Source: Dehalococcoidales bacterium (GTDB lineage: Bacteria; Chloroflexota; Dehalococcoidia; Dehalococcoidales; Fen-1064). Taken from it: a stretch of DNA of 64,000 nucleotides. Below are positions 17,939 to 27,734 of this stretch, piece after piece. The DNA is taken from assembly GCA_036396095.1 (NCBI GenBank), contig DASWLM010000013.1:6817-70816 (forward strand). Direction: 5' to 3'. Positions within the stretch are counted from its first letter, which is position 1; every line of letters begins with the position of its first letter. The notes below the pieces were generated by a model, which was not told where the DNA came from, searched no databases, and saw nothing but the letters and a program-made list of their open reading frames with translations. The translations under genes and the position numbers were made by a program.

Positions 17939-18877
17939 CTACGTGCCCAGTTTCATCACTCCAATTAGTTCCTGTACCGCCTTCGCTGAGTTCGCCAGCG
18001 CGTTCTTTTCCTCGGCGGTCAGTTCCAGTTTCACCACCTGCTCGATACCGTTCTTGCCGAGTTTCACCGGCATACCGAGGACTGTATCCCTGATGCCGTA
18101 CTCACCATCAAGTCTGGTGGCGCAGATAAGGACTCGTTTCTTGTCCATAATGACCGCTTCTGCCATCTCCGCCAGCGCTGCCGAAGGTGCGTAGAAAGCA
18201 CTGCCGGTCTTGAGCAGGGCGACAATCTCCGCCCCGCCGTTTACCGTCCGGTCGGCAAGTTTGGCAATTTTATCTGAGGACATCAGTTTTGTAATTGGCG
18301 TGCCTTTGACCGTAGTCAGACGCGGAATGACCACCATACTCTTGCCGTGCTCACCGATAACGCAGGGAGAAACATCCTCGATGGATATCTTCAACTCCGC
18401 GGCGATAAAGGTAGCCAGTCGCGCGCCATCTAACACGCCAGATAGTCCCAGTATCCGCTTGCGTGGGAATTTGCTCTCATGAAGCGCCAGATAGACCATG
18501 GCATCGACCGGATTCGTGGCGATGATGATAACGCAGTTGGGAGAATATTTCACGATATTGCGGGTGACTTCGCTGACAATCTTCTGGTTGGTAATTAGCA
18601 GGTCGTCGCGGCTCATGCCCGGCTTCCGCGCCACACCAGAAGTGATGATGACGACATCGGATTTAGCCGTCGCTTCATAGCTATTGGTGCCGGTAATTTT
18701 CGAATTGAAACCGAGGATGTTTGCCGATTGCTGAATGTCCAGCGCCTTGCCCTGTGGTAGTCCTTCGATGATATCCAGCAGGACAACGTCTGCATAGCCT
18801 TTTTCTGCGATTCTCTGGGCACAGGATGCCCCCACATTCCCCGCCCCGATAATGGTTACTTTAACACGGCCTTTCAT
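17939..18877 (-). CDS. mdh: malate dehydrogenase (LDH-like type)
   Basis: Starts at ATG 18877 (MKGRVKVTIIGAGNVGAS). Full-length LDH/MDH-family pattern including GEHG. Confidence 0.9.
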   Translation of the reverse strand: MKGRVKVTIIGAGNVGASCAQRIAEKGYADVVLLDIIEGLPQGKALDIQQSANILGFNSKITGTNSYEATAKSDVVIITSGVARKPGMSRDDLLITNQKIVSEVTRNIVKYSPNCVIIIATNPVDAMVYLALHESKFPRKRILGLSGVLDGARLATFIAAELKISIEDVSPCVIGEHGKSMVVIPRLTTVKGTPITKLMSSDKIAKLADRTVNGGAEIVALLKTGSAFYAPSAALAEMAEAVIMDKKRVLICATRLDGEYGIRDTVLGMPVKLGKNGIEQVVKLELTAEEKNALANSAKAVQELIGVMKLGT

Positions 18878-19004
18878 TATGCACCGCCTTCGTTGGAAAC
18901 TCACAGCGTATTGTACTGCATAAAGGGGAAAAGGTAAATATGGGAAAATACCAATTCTCAATCGTCAAATAACAAACAACTTGTGAGAAAGAAGAGAATG
19001 CCAA

Positions 19005-19985
19005 TCAGCCGCCAATTTGTCGCATTGAACGTCCCGCCGGAATATTCCCTTCACTTAAATGGTGTTGGGCTCGTTTCAGGAAAGCCGCCGACTGAATAAG
19101 CTGTGCCAGTTCCTCAATTGTGGCGCCTCTGCGTAACGGCTCTTTAATATCGATTTCATCATCGTCCAGCAGGCAGGGGCGCAGTTTGCCATCCGCTGTG
19201 AGACGGAACCGGTTGCATCCTGCGCAGAAACACTCGGTCACCGCTCCGATAAATCCGAGCGTGCCGTTGGCACCGGGCAGTTTGTAGTATCGGGCGGGAC
19301 CGTTGCCATCTGCCGGTTTGTGCGGTACCAGTTTCCCGAGGTTACTTTCGATACGCTTTATAATTTCCGCAGTGGATACCAATCCGTTACCGCGAGATGC
19401 AGAATTTTCGAAGGGCATATGCTCGATGTAGCGAACGTGCCAACCGTCGGTTTGGGTCTTGCGGGCGAAGTCGATGATCTCATCCTCATTGATGCCTTTG
19501 AGGACGACCATATTGATTTTGACCGGCTGAAGTCCGACGCGGTTAGCTTCTGTAATGCCTGCCAGTACGTCCGCCAGTTTATCGCCGCCCGTGATTTCAA
19601 AAAATCTACTCGGTTTCAGAGAGTCGAGGCTAACATTGACCCGTTTCAGTCTGGCTGATTTGAGTTCTTCAGCGTAGCGTGCCAGCAGAGTGCCGTTGGT
19701 CGTCATGGAGACTTCTTCAACACCCGGTACGCCGGCGAGCATCCTGACCAGATTACTGAGGTATAAGCGCACCAGCGGCTCGCCGCCCGTGAGACGGATT
19801 TTGGTAACACCGAGGCTGGCGGCCGCTTGGACAATACGGTGGATTTCCTCGTAACGGAGGATATCTTCGTGGGTATGTGCTTCGAACCGCGATGTGCAGT
19901 AGATACAGCGCAGATCACAGCGGTCGGTCACGGAGATACGCATATAGTCGATACGGCGGCTGAACGAATCAACGAGATTGGACAT
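19005..19985 (-). CDS. moaA: GTP 3',8-cyclase MoaA (radical SAM)
   Basis: CDLRCIYC radical-SAM motif and the C-terminal CxxCxxxxC...C cluster region (CFCAGCNRFRLTADG). Likely start is ATG 19985. Confidence 0.9.
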   Translation of the reverse strand: MSNLVDSFSRRIDYMRISVTDRCDLRCIYCTSRFEAHTHEDILRYEEIHRIVQAAASLGVTKIRLTGGEPLVRLYLSNLVRMLAGVPGVEEVSMTTNGTLLARYAEELKSARLKRVNVSLDSLKPSRFFEITGGDKLADVLAGITEANRVGLQPVKINMVVLKGINEDEIIDFARKTQTDGWHVRYIEHMPFENSASRGNGLVSTAEIIKRIESNLGKLVPHKPADGNGPARYYKLPGANGTLGFIGAVTECFCAGCNRFRLTADGKLRPCLLDDDEIDIKEPLRRGATIEELAQLIQSAAFLKRAQHHLSEGNIPAGRSMRQIGG

Positions 19986-20004
19986 GCAGAATAGCAAAGG
20001 GCTG

Positions 20005-20170
20005 AATCAAAAATGTGAGCCTTCTTGCGGAAGGCACAATTAATTATCAGGCATACAGCCCTGAACTTCCCTCCTTTCCAGAATGGGGGGCGCAACCGTT
20101 TCCCGTTGCACCGTATCGGTCGCCGTCCATAGGCATTCTGCCCACAGGCACGGCAACTCGGAAGGAACTT
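20005..20170 (-). promoter_or_regulatory. Moco (molybdenum cofactor) riboswitch-like leader with intrinsic terminator, upstream of moaA
   Basis: The minus-strand leader CCTTCCGAG...GATACGGTGCAACGGGAAACGGTTGC...TTCTGGAAAGGAGGGAAG (20170-20066) contains segments I recall as conserved in the Moco RNA motif, plus nested hairpins. It is followed by GCCTTC-CGCAA-GAAGGC and ATTTTT (20037-20005). Confidence 0.55.
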
Positions 20171-20282
20171 TTACAGTTCTATTTTCACTATAGCGTGTTG
20201 GATGCGGAGAGTCAATTTCCTGACAATTTTGGATGGGTTTTGCTTGATTCTCTGGCGTTTCCCCTGTATCATTATCTACAAT

Positions 20283-21035
20283 ATGACGGACGCAGAGTCA
20301 CAGCGACTGGCGGCAGAGGCGCTAAATGCCTCCTTCTATTACGGAAAGCTGAAGGTGCTGGATAACCTGTCCCTGCGTATACCGCATGGTATTAGTTACG
20401 GTCTACTGGGACCGAATGGCGCCGGGAAAACAACCCTTATCCGACTCCTCGTCGGGCTATTAAGACCGCGTCAGGGTTCGATTTCTGTGCTCGGTCAGAC
20501 GCCCTCACGTCAGACTGCTCATCTCATCGGGTATATGCCTCAACAACACTCTCTCTACAATGAGCTTTCCATTGTTCAAAACGTCGATTTCTTTGCACGG
20601 ATTTACCTTACGGATAACCGGAACGAGCGTGTGAAGCGTGTGGAAGAAGCCGTCAAACTAGTAGGTTTATGGGAGCGCCGTAACGACGGGATTATGAAAC
20701 TGAGTGGTGGGATGAAACAGAGAGTCAGCCTTGCCTGTGCGATTGTCCACGACCCGCCCCTCCTGTTTCTCGATGAACCGACCGTGGGACTAGACCCGGA
20801 ATTGCGGGTCAATTTCTGGGAACATTTCGCCGACTTGAATAAGAAAGGCGTCACCATTGTTATTTCCAGCCATACTATGGATGATGCCGCTCATTGCGAC
20901 CGTCTGGCTTTCATGCGGAATGGTCAACTGATTGCCGAAGGCACCCCGAATGAATTGCGGCGGGCAACCGATAAATCGAATGCTTCTCTCGAAGATGCCT
21001 TCCTTTATTTTGTGCGTCGTGAGGAGACAAGGTAA
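20283..21035 (+). CDS. ABC transporter ATP-binding protein (ABC-2 exporter type)
   Basis: Walker A GPNGAGKTT, signature LSGGMKQR, Walker B LLFLDEP. Confidence 0.9.
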   Translation: MTDAESQRLAAEALNASFYYGKLKVLDNLSLRIPHGISYGLLGPNGAGKTTLIRLLVGLLRPRQGSISVLGQTPSRQTAHLIGYMPQQHSLYNELSIVQNVDFFARIYLTDNRNERVKRVEEAVKLVGLWERRNDGIMKLSGGMKQRVSLACAIVHDPPLLFLDEPTVGLDPELRVNFWEHFADLNKKGVTIVISSHTMDDAAHCDRLAFMRNGQLIAEGTPNELRRATDKSNASLEDAFLYFVRREETR

Positions 21036-21772
21036 TGCACAGTCGTGCGTTAACTATCGCCGGCAGAATAATCAAGCAGATTGTACGTGACCGCCGTACG
21101 CTGGCACTGATTACAGTCGTGCCGATTGTGGTAATGACACTGATATGGCTCAGTTTTCCTGACGTACCCGGTATGCTCGACTACATCGCCCCGGCGCTAC
21201 TCGCTACGCTAGCCCTGTTTTTCGGCTTCCTGCTTACAGGTATCAGTTTCCTCCGGGAGCGCTCGCAGGGCACATTGGAAAGGCTCATGGCGTCACCGGT
21301 CTCGCGGCAGGACATCGTGCTGGGGTATCTGCTGGGATTCTTTCTCTTTGCGCTCCTGCAAACATTGATTATCGTGCTTTTCACCATCTATGCACTGGAT
21401 GTGCAATACAAAGGCGACCTCTGGCAAATCTTCGTGTTCCAGGTTATCGTGCTCGTCGGGGCAATCAATCTGGGCATATTTATCTCCGCATTCGCCCGCA
21501 ATGAATTCCAGATGGTGCAATTCATCCCGCTCATTATCCTGCCGCAGGTCTTTCTTTGTGGCATTCTCTGGCCTGTAGAGCAGATGAACGATTTCCTGCA
21601 ATGGGTTGCCAAGTTTCTGCCGCTGACTTATGCTGTTGACGGGATGAGAGACATCATGGTCTATGGCAAGAGCTTGCTGGATGTGGGCTTAGACCTTGCG
21701 GTACTGGCGGCATTTGCAGTGGGGATTTCCGTTATTACGGCTTTAACCTTGCGGCGAAGTAGCGGCGGGTAG
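21035..21772 (+). CDS. ABC-2 type transporter permease
   Basis: TAATG overlap with the ATPase. Six hydrophobic segments. Confidence 0.8.
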   Translation: MHSRALTIAGRIIKQIVRDRRTLALITVVPIVVMTLIWLSFPDVPGMLDYIAPALLATLALFFGFLLTGISFLRERSQGTLERLMASPVSRQDIVLGYLLGFFLFALLQTLIIVLFTIYALDVQYKGDLWQIFVFQVIVLVGAINLGIFISAFARNEFQMVQFIPLIILPQVFLCGILWPVEQMNDFLQWVAKFLPLTYAVDGMRDIMVYGKSLLDVGLDLAVLAAFAVGISVITALTLRRSSGG

Positions 21773-21871
21773 GGAATCCACACTCACGCTGTATTCATTT
21801 TACCCTTCGAGTTTTATTCAAGAAAAATCGGATGCTATGTCTGAAGAAAAGATAATTTTTTCTGAAAAATG

Positions 21872-21900
21872 AAACCGCCGGACTAACTCCCCGGCGGTTT
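21872..21900 (-). terminator. rho-independent terminator (serves the minus-strand NHL gene; possibly bidirectional)
   Basis: AAACCGCCGG-N9-CCGGCGGTTT. On the minus strand it is followed by CATTTTTCAGAAAAAA. Confidence 0.7.
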
Positions 21901-21926
21901 AAGACTATGTGATTTGGATTATTTAT

Positions 21927-24296
21927 TTACTTGTGAATGACAATACTCCCGCCACTGAGTTCTGTAAGATCACTAGATGTGTCACTGACTCCCATCTTAT
22001 TATCGTATATTATGTTGCCAGTCACTTTGTCCCATATCTTAATACGGAGGCTGTCAATTCCTCCGCCACCATTGATCTGACCATCTCTAGCAGTGAGTAT
22101 GAAACTGTAGTCGCCGGTTCCATTGATCGTTCCTGAGCCCTTAAATTGAGCCCTAGCTCCGCTAACAACGAGCCAGTCATAAATGGTGCTTTTGAAATGG
22201 AGATTGCCAACTTTAAACTGGAACTCTGTCTGTCCAGTAGGTACATTAGCGCCTTTTTGATATTTAGATACAAAGCCGAAGGATGCTTTGCCGGTTAAAG
22301 TTTGGTTCGCAGAGTAGGCGCCAGCAGGTGAGTCTATCCAACCGCCACCGGTGACAAAGCCACCGTCGGGGTTATATATCACGATATATTGATAACTGGC
22401 TTCACCCATCCTGCCACACCCATCGGTCACCACTATCCTGATAGTGTATACGCCAGGTGATAAATAAGTATGCTCTGCGCTGACGTAACCCTGAGTGTTC
22501 ATTAAGACGCTGGTCGGCGGGATCTGGTCACCCCAATAGATGTTTACCATGTACGGACTATCCATCACTAGGGCAGAGAAGCTAGAGTTGACGCTGATCG
22601 TGCTTCCAATCGGGCAAGGCATCAGAGTGCTGGGTATGATTTCCTCAACATCAAGTGATACAATACCCACTCCAAAGATACTGCCCTGCAGGTTGCACAG
22701 ACTCGGTGTCGTCGAGTCTGTGACTGTTATCGTAATAGATCCAGAGACCGCGTCGTATACCTGGTCAGAGACGACAATCCATTCAGCTCCGTTCCACCAA
22801 TAGACAACGTTTCCACCATTAAGATTGCAGGCAATAATAGTGGCATAGGCGAAGTTGTTATTGATATCCAGGTAAACATCAAAGTATGAATTAGTACTCA
22901 TAAAACTTGGTGTGCCGCCTGGATTTGACTCATACTGCGCCACGACTACCGTACCACTGCCTGAGCCTGTTGCAGTAAGGCTACCAGGAGTAGATGGTCC
23001 CTCGCCTCCAATTGATGCGGTAGCGTTTCCATCTTGGTCTGTGCTTGTTCCAGCATCCCATTCTGTAATTGTTGTGCTGGTTTCGGTGATGAATAGTGGT
23101 AGCCATATGGACATGCTCCCATCGGGGTACTGAACAAAGATCTCGACAGTCATTGGACTGTTGAATAGCGATACTGGAACCGTAGCTGAAAGCTGAGTTG
23201 GAGAGATGTACGTAGTTGGTAGCTCTCCTTCCCCGGAACTACCAAACCACTTAATGATACTGTTGTTTGTAAATCCCCATCCATACGCCGCGATCGTGAA
23301 TTCATCACCGCCTGCAGTAGCTGTATTCGGGCTGATGCTGGTTAATTCAGGCATCTTCGCTGTGGCTTCGTCAAAGACCTGAATGCGGTGATTGCCACGG
23401 TCAGCGACATAGATGTGGCCCAATGAGTTGACAGCGATACCATACGGAAGATTGAATTGACCATCGTCACTGCCAGCCGAGCCCCATTTGGTCAGGAAAT
23501 TGCCATTGGAATCGAACTTCTGTATACGGTTGTTGCCTGAGTCACAAACATAAACATTGCCCAACTTGTCCACTGTAATACCATGGGGTCCATTGAACTG
23601 TCCATCGCCTGCTCCTGCGGAACCCCAGTCAGTGATGGGTGTGCCATTGCTACTGAATTTGTGTACGCATTGATTATACTCATCAGTAACATAAATATAA
23701 TTTGAAGAATCCACGGCGATGCTGGACGGTTGCCATTCGGTCGGTTCATCAGTCCCATATAGTCCCCAGCGAGTCAAAAACAAGCCATTGGTATCAAATT
23801 TTTTAACCCACCGTTTCCAGTCGTAGAGGGTTTGAGTAATAACGTAGATATTGTCAGATGAATCCATAGCTATACCGGTTGGTGAAATCGTTTGGGGATG
23901 CCCCAGAGAATTACTAAGTAAAGTACCATTGCTAGTGTACTTGAAAATTCCGTAATGAAAGTAATCTAAAACATTGACATTGTCTGAAGAATCCACAGCG
24001 ATGCCAGTCACGTTCCACCACTCGGTGCCAACGCCCTGTGTCCAGCAGGTCAGAAGAGTGCCACTACAATCAAACTTTTGGATTTCATGGCCATAACCTC
24101 CTATAACACCCACGTAAACATTATCGGACGAGTCGATAGCTATTGGGTAGACACTTTCCCCCCAAGGCCCTGAACCGTACGGTAAGTCCCACTCAAAAGG
24201 AAACTCGGGTAGATCCACCGCTTGAACAGGCGCCACACTTAGTGAACCGGCGGTTAGCACAATACATACAAGTAGCAAGAAAAAATAATTTTTCAT
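21927..24296 (-). CDS. secreted multi-domain protein: NHL-repeat beta-propeller + IPT/TIG-like + PKD-like domains
   Basis: Signal peptide MKNYFFLLLVCIVLTAGSLSVAPVQA. Repeated NHL units (GQFNGPHGITVD..GNVYVCDSGNNRIQKFD). PKD-like EHTYLSPGVYTIRIVVTD. Confidence 0.8.
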   Translation of the reverse strand: MKNYFFLLLVCIVLTAGSLSVAPVQAVDLPEFPFEWDLPYGSGPWGESVYPIAIDSSDNVYVGVIGGYGHEIQKFDCSGTLLTCWTQGVGTEWWNVTGIAVDSSDNVNVLDYFHYGIFKYTSNGTLLSNSLGHPQTISPTGIAMDSSDNIYVITQTLYDWKRWVKKFDTNGLFLTRWGLYGTDEPTEWQPSSIAVDSSNYIYVTDEYNQCVHKFSSNGTPITDWGSAGAGDGQFNGPHGITVDKLGNVYVCDSGNNRIQKFDSNGNFLTKWGSAGSDDGQFNLPYGIAVNSLGHIYVADRGNHRIQVFDEATAKMPELTSISPNTATAGGDEFTIAAYGWGFTNNSIIKWFGSSGEGELPTTYISPTQLSATVPVSLFNSPMTVEIFVQYPDGSMSIWLPLFITETSTTITEWDAGTSTDQDGNATASIGGEGPSTPGSLTATGSGSGTVVVAQYESNPGGTPSFMSTNSYFDVYLDINNNFAYATIIACNLNGGNVVYWWNGAEWIVVSDQVYDAVSGSITITVTDSTTPSLCNLQGSIFGVGIVSLDVEEIIPSTLMPCPIGSTISVNSSFSALVMDSPYMVNIYWGDQIPPTSVLMNTQGYVSAEHTYLSPGVYTIRIVVTDGCGRMGEASYQYIVIYNPDGGFVTGGGWIDSPAGAYSANQTLTGKASFGFVSKYQKGANVPTGQTEFQFKVGNLHFKSTIYDWLVVSGARAQFKGSGTINGTGDYSFILTARDGQINGGGGIDSLRIKIWDKVTGNIIYDNKMGVSDTSSDLTELSGGSIVIHK

Positions 24297-24643
24297 GACT
24301 TTTTCCTCCTCAAGAGTAAATATACAAGTGAGTACTAATCGTGAATAAACCAGACGTATGCAGAATTATAATGCCTGAGCAAGGTAATGTAAAGGTATTG
24401 TAATCACTCACAAGGTACCATGTTTCAGCGACTCATTTTGTTATCCGTTATCCAGAATGTTGGCATGCTCACTTTCTGGTATTTCGCGTCATAAAAAGAA
24501 TTAAAGCCCAAAATATCCAATCTGTTTGATACAACTTTATCGCCCAATTTAAAACCCACCTGTGTATCACTCATTTCATCTTATCCATCTCACAGTTCCA
24601 TTTATGCTAAAATATCTTCAATAATCGTGGGAGTCCGTTTTCT

Positions 24644-25741
24644 TTGAGTAGTACGGTGAAAGCAGTTATATTGGTCGGGGGGCAGGGCACGCGATTGCGT
24701 CCGCTCACCTGCAACACTCCCAAATCGATGGTGCCCGTGCTCAATATCCCTTTTCTGGAGCATGTCCTCCGCAATCTGAAAGCACACGACATCACTGATA
24801 TTATCCTTGCCCAGCACCACCTTCCCGCACCGATGTTACAGTACTTCGGAGATGGCGCCCGGTTTGGCGTTCACCTGACCTATGTCATGGAAGATTCCCC
24901 CAGAGGTTCGGCCGGTGCGGTTAAGAACGCCGAGAAATATTTGAAAAACACATTCCTGGTACTCAATGGCGACATTTTTCATAACCGCGATTTCACGGAC
25001 ATGCTGGCTTTCCACCGTCGTAACCATGCGAAGGCAACCATCGACTTGGCGCCAGTCGAAGACCCTACCATCTATGGCATGGTAGATACCGATGAGCAGT
25101 GTAGAGTGAAGAGGTTTATAGAGAAACCGAAGCGTGAAGATGTCACCACCAATCTCATCAATGCCGGCACCTGGATTATTGAACCGGAAGTGCTCCAGCG
25201 TATCCTGCCGGACGTTAAGTGCTCTTTTGAACGTGAGATTTTCCCGTCACTGATACATGATGGAGAGCCGCTGTATGCCTATCCCTCCTATCGCTACTGG
25301 ATGGATATGGGCACGCCGGAGAAGTATCTGCAACTACACCGCGACCTGCTGGATGACAAGTGCGAGGGCTATCCCTCCGACCGGAATGTGATTAAAGGTA
25401 AGAACTGTCGGATTCACCCGACTGCGAAACTGAGTGGGAAAATTGTCCTAGGGGATAACTGCACAGTGGCGGCAGGAGCAAAAATAACGGGACCGGTAGT
25501 TCTCGGTTCGGGTTGTCGCATCGGGCGGAGGGTGGTGATTGAGGACAGCGTGCTCTGGGATAATGTTAAGGTTAGGGCGCGCGCCGTATTGAGGAGTAGT
25601 GTCATCGCCAACGATTGCGCAATCGGCGCTGAGGTGTACCTCCGTGATGCGGTTCTTGGTGACCACATTCGCTTGCCTACCGGTTCTAAACCCGAAACCG
25701 GTGTCCGTCTTTTCCCCGAAGAAATGTCTGGTAATACCTAG
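24644..25741 (+). CDS. sugar-1-phosphate nucleotidyltransferase (mannose-1-P guanylyltransferase-like) with C-terminal left-handed beta-helix
   Basis: N-terminal AVILVGGQGTRLRPLT motif and C-terminal hexapeptide repeats. The start is TTG 24644 or a nearby GTG. Confidence 0.8.
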   Translation: MSSTVKAVILVGGQGTRLRPLTCNTPKSMVPVLNIPFLEHVLRNLKAHDITDIILAQHHLPAPMLQYFGDGARFGVHLTYVMEDSPRGSAGAVKNAEKYLKNTFLVLNGDIFHNRDFTDMLAFHRRNHAKATIDLAPVEDPTIYGMVDTDEQCRVKRFIEKPKREDVTTNLINAGTWIIEPEVLQRILPDVKCSFEREIFPSLIHDGEPLYAYPSYRYWMDMGTPEKYLQLHRDLLDDKCEGYPSDRNVIKGKNCRIHPTAKLSGKIVLGDNCTVAAGAKITGPVVLGSGCRIGRRVVIEDSVLWDNVKVRARAVLRSSVIANDCAIGAEVYLRDAVLGDHIRLPTGSKPETGVRLFPEEMSGNT

Positions 25742-25823
25742 CCAGTTCTATTTTTCTCCCTATCTCACTCACTGTGTTATAATTTCTGTGGAATTCAAGG
25801 GATTCACCCTGAAGGGCTGTACT

Positions 25824-26894
25824 ATGTGGGAAAAACTGGAGCAAATTGATAAACGGCACGAAGAAATCATCGCCGAAATGTCGAAACCGGAAGTAGCTTC
25901 GGACCGACAGAAAATAATGAAGCTCGCTCAGGAAAAGTCGGCGATTGATGACCTTGTAGCCCTCTACCGTGATTACAAAGCGACGGTTAGAAATCTTGAG
26001 CAGACCAGGGCAATGCAGGATGACAAACTGGATAGTGATATGCTGGCACTCGTCAAGCAGGAAGTCCACACGCTTGAAGAGAAACGTGACCGCCTCCAGG
26101 AAGACTTGAGGTTGGCTCTTCTCCCCAAAGACCCTAATGATGAGCGAAATGTCATTTTGGAAATCAGGGCGGGAACCGGTGGTGATGAAGCGGCGCTCTT
26201 TGCCGCCGACCTGTTCCGCATGTATACCCGTTATGCCCAATCAAAACGGTGGGATGTGGATGTCATCAATACCAGTGAAAGCGGTGGTGGCGGCATGAAG
26301 GAAATTATTGCTGAAGTGAGAGGGAAGGGTGCTTTCAGCCGGTTCAAGTACGAGCGTGGTGTCCACCGCGTTCAGCGTGTGCCGACGACCGAGGCTTCCG
26401 GACGAATTCATACCTCGACCGCGACTGTTGCCGTGCTACCGGAGGCAGAGGACGTTGAAGTTGACATAAAACCAGATGAGCTACGGATAGATATTTTTCA
26501 CAGCGGCGGCGCCGGCGGGCAGAACGTCAATAAAGTCGCGACCGCCGTCCGTCTCACACACCTACCGACCGGTATGGTGGTGGTCTGTCAGGACGAACGC
26601 AGTCAGCTACGTAACCGTCAGAAAGCCATGGCGGTGCTCAAGGCGCGTTTGCTGGAAATGGAAAGCCAGAAGCAGGAAGCGGAAATGACCTCGATGAGGC
26701 GCAGTCAGGTGGGCACCGGAGAGCGTGCCGAGAAAGTCCGTACCTATAATTTCCCTCAGGACCGTATCACCGACCACCGCATCGGGGTGACCCTGCATAA
26801 TCTGCCACGTATCATGGCGGGAGAACTTGACCAGTTGATAGACGCCCTAGCGACAGACGATCAAGCAAAGCAGTTGCAGGAACAGTCAACATGA
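25824..26894 (+). CDS. prfA: peptide chain release factor 1
   Basis: ATG 25824 (MWEKLEQIDKR). Motifs RVP-TTE...GRIHTS and GGQ (SGGAGGQNVNKV). Confidence 0.95.
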   Translation: MWEKLEQIDKRHEEIIAEMSKPEVASDRQKIMKLAQEKSAIDDLVALYRDYKATVRNLEQTRAMQDDKLDSDMLALVKQEVHTLEEKRDRLQEDLRLALLPKDPNDERNVILEIRAGTGGDEAALFAADLFRMYTRYAQSKRWDVDVINTSESGGGGMKEIIAEVRGKGAFSRFKYERGVHRVQRVPTTEASGRIHTSTATVAVLPEAEDVEVDIKPDELRIDIFHSGGAGGQNVNKVATAVRLTHLPTGMVVVCQDERSQLRNRQKAMAVLKARLLEMESQKQEAEMTSMRRSQVGTGERAEKVRTYNFPQDRITDHRIGVTLHNLPRIMAGELDQLIDALATDDQAKQLQEQST

Positions 26895-27730
26895 CCCGGC
26901 AGGAATTACTCAACCGTGCCCGCACACTTCTTTCCAATAATAATGTAGAAGATGGAGCTCTGGAGGCAGAACTACTTCTACGACACACTCTGAATATCGA
27001 CCGCACCAGATTTTTTACGGAATCCGATAAGGCATTAACTTCAGAGCAGGAAGCCGATTTCTGGAATAAAATTGAGCGCCGTGTGAAAGGCATGCCCAGC
27101 GCTTATATCACTGGCGTGCGCGAATTCTACGGGCTTGAATTCTATGTTGATGGCAGTGTCCTTATCCCACGTCCGGAGACGGAGTTGCTCGTGGAGAAAA
27201 CTATTGAAATCGCTCGCAATTATTACTCTCCGGTAATTGCGGATATCGGCACGGGGTGTGGCAATATCGCTATCAGTCTGGCTGTAAATTTACCGCATGC
27301 TTCTATTTTTACGACTGATATTTCTCAGAAGGCATTAGACACCGCCCGCCGTAATTGTGAACGGCATAACGTTGAAAGACGAGTCCGGTTGTGCGCCGGC
27401 GACCTGCTGGAACCTATTCTCCAACCCGTTGACATCATCGTTGCGAATCTGCCGTATGTCAGGACTGCGGATTTACCCGCAGTAAATACAAATGGCTACG
27501 AACCGCGCCTGGCGCTTGATGGTGGGGAGGATGGGCTTGACGTCATCCGACGTCTCTGCACGCAAGTTGATAGGAAGCTGAAACCCAACGGTTCTCTATT
27601 GCTTGAAATAGGCATGGGGCAAAGAGAAGAAGTCGTCAATTTGCTACATGCGCTATTCTCTTTAGCACCAATAAGTGTTATCCCAGACTTGACTGGCATC
27701 GACCGTGTCGTGTGCATGACAAGGAGGTGA
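26891..27730 (+). CDS. prmC: release-factor glutamine N5-methyltransferase PrmC/HemK
   Basis: ATGA overlap with prfA. SAM motif IADIGTGCGNIA and catalytic IVANLPYV (NPPY-type). Confidence 0.9.
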   Translation: MTRQELLNRARTLLSNNNVEDGALEAELLLRHTLNIDRTRFFTESDKALTSEQEADFWNKIERRVKGMPSAYITGVREFYGLEFYVDGSVLIPRPETELLVEKTIEIARNYYSPVIADIGTGCGNIAISLAVNLPHASIFTTDISQKALDTARRNCERHNVERRVRLCAGDLLEPILQPVDIIVANLPYVRTADLPAVNTNGYEPRLALDGGEDGLDVIRRLCTQVDRKLKPNGSLLLEIGMGQREEVVNLLHALFSLAPISVIPDLTGIDRVVCMTRR

Positions 27731-27734
27731 TACC

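Noticed and set aside
20015-20365. A 116-aa plus-strand ORF between moaA and the ABC ATPase.
   Set aside because: It covers the antisense of the Moco-riboswitch-like leader and runs into the ABC gene in another frame. There are no motifs. The ABC ATPase most plausibly starts at ATG 20283.
25599-25823. A long N-terminal extension of the prfA ORF, overlapping the end of the nucleotidyltransferase gene.
   Set aside because: The extension is hydrophobic and non-homologous and overlaps the upstream CDS. RF1 homology begins at ATG 25824 (MWEKLEQIDKR).
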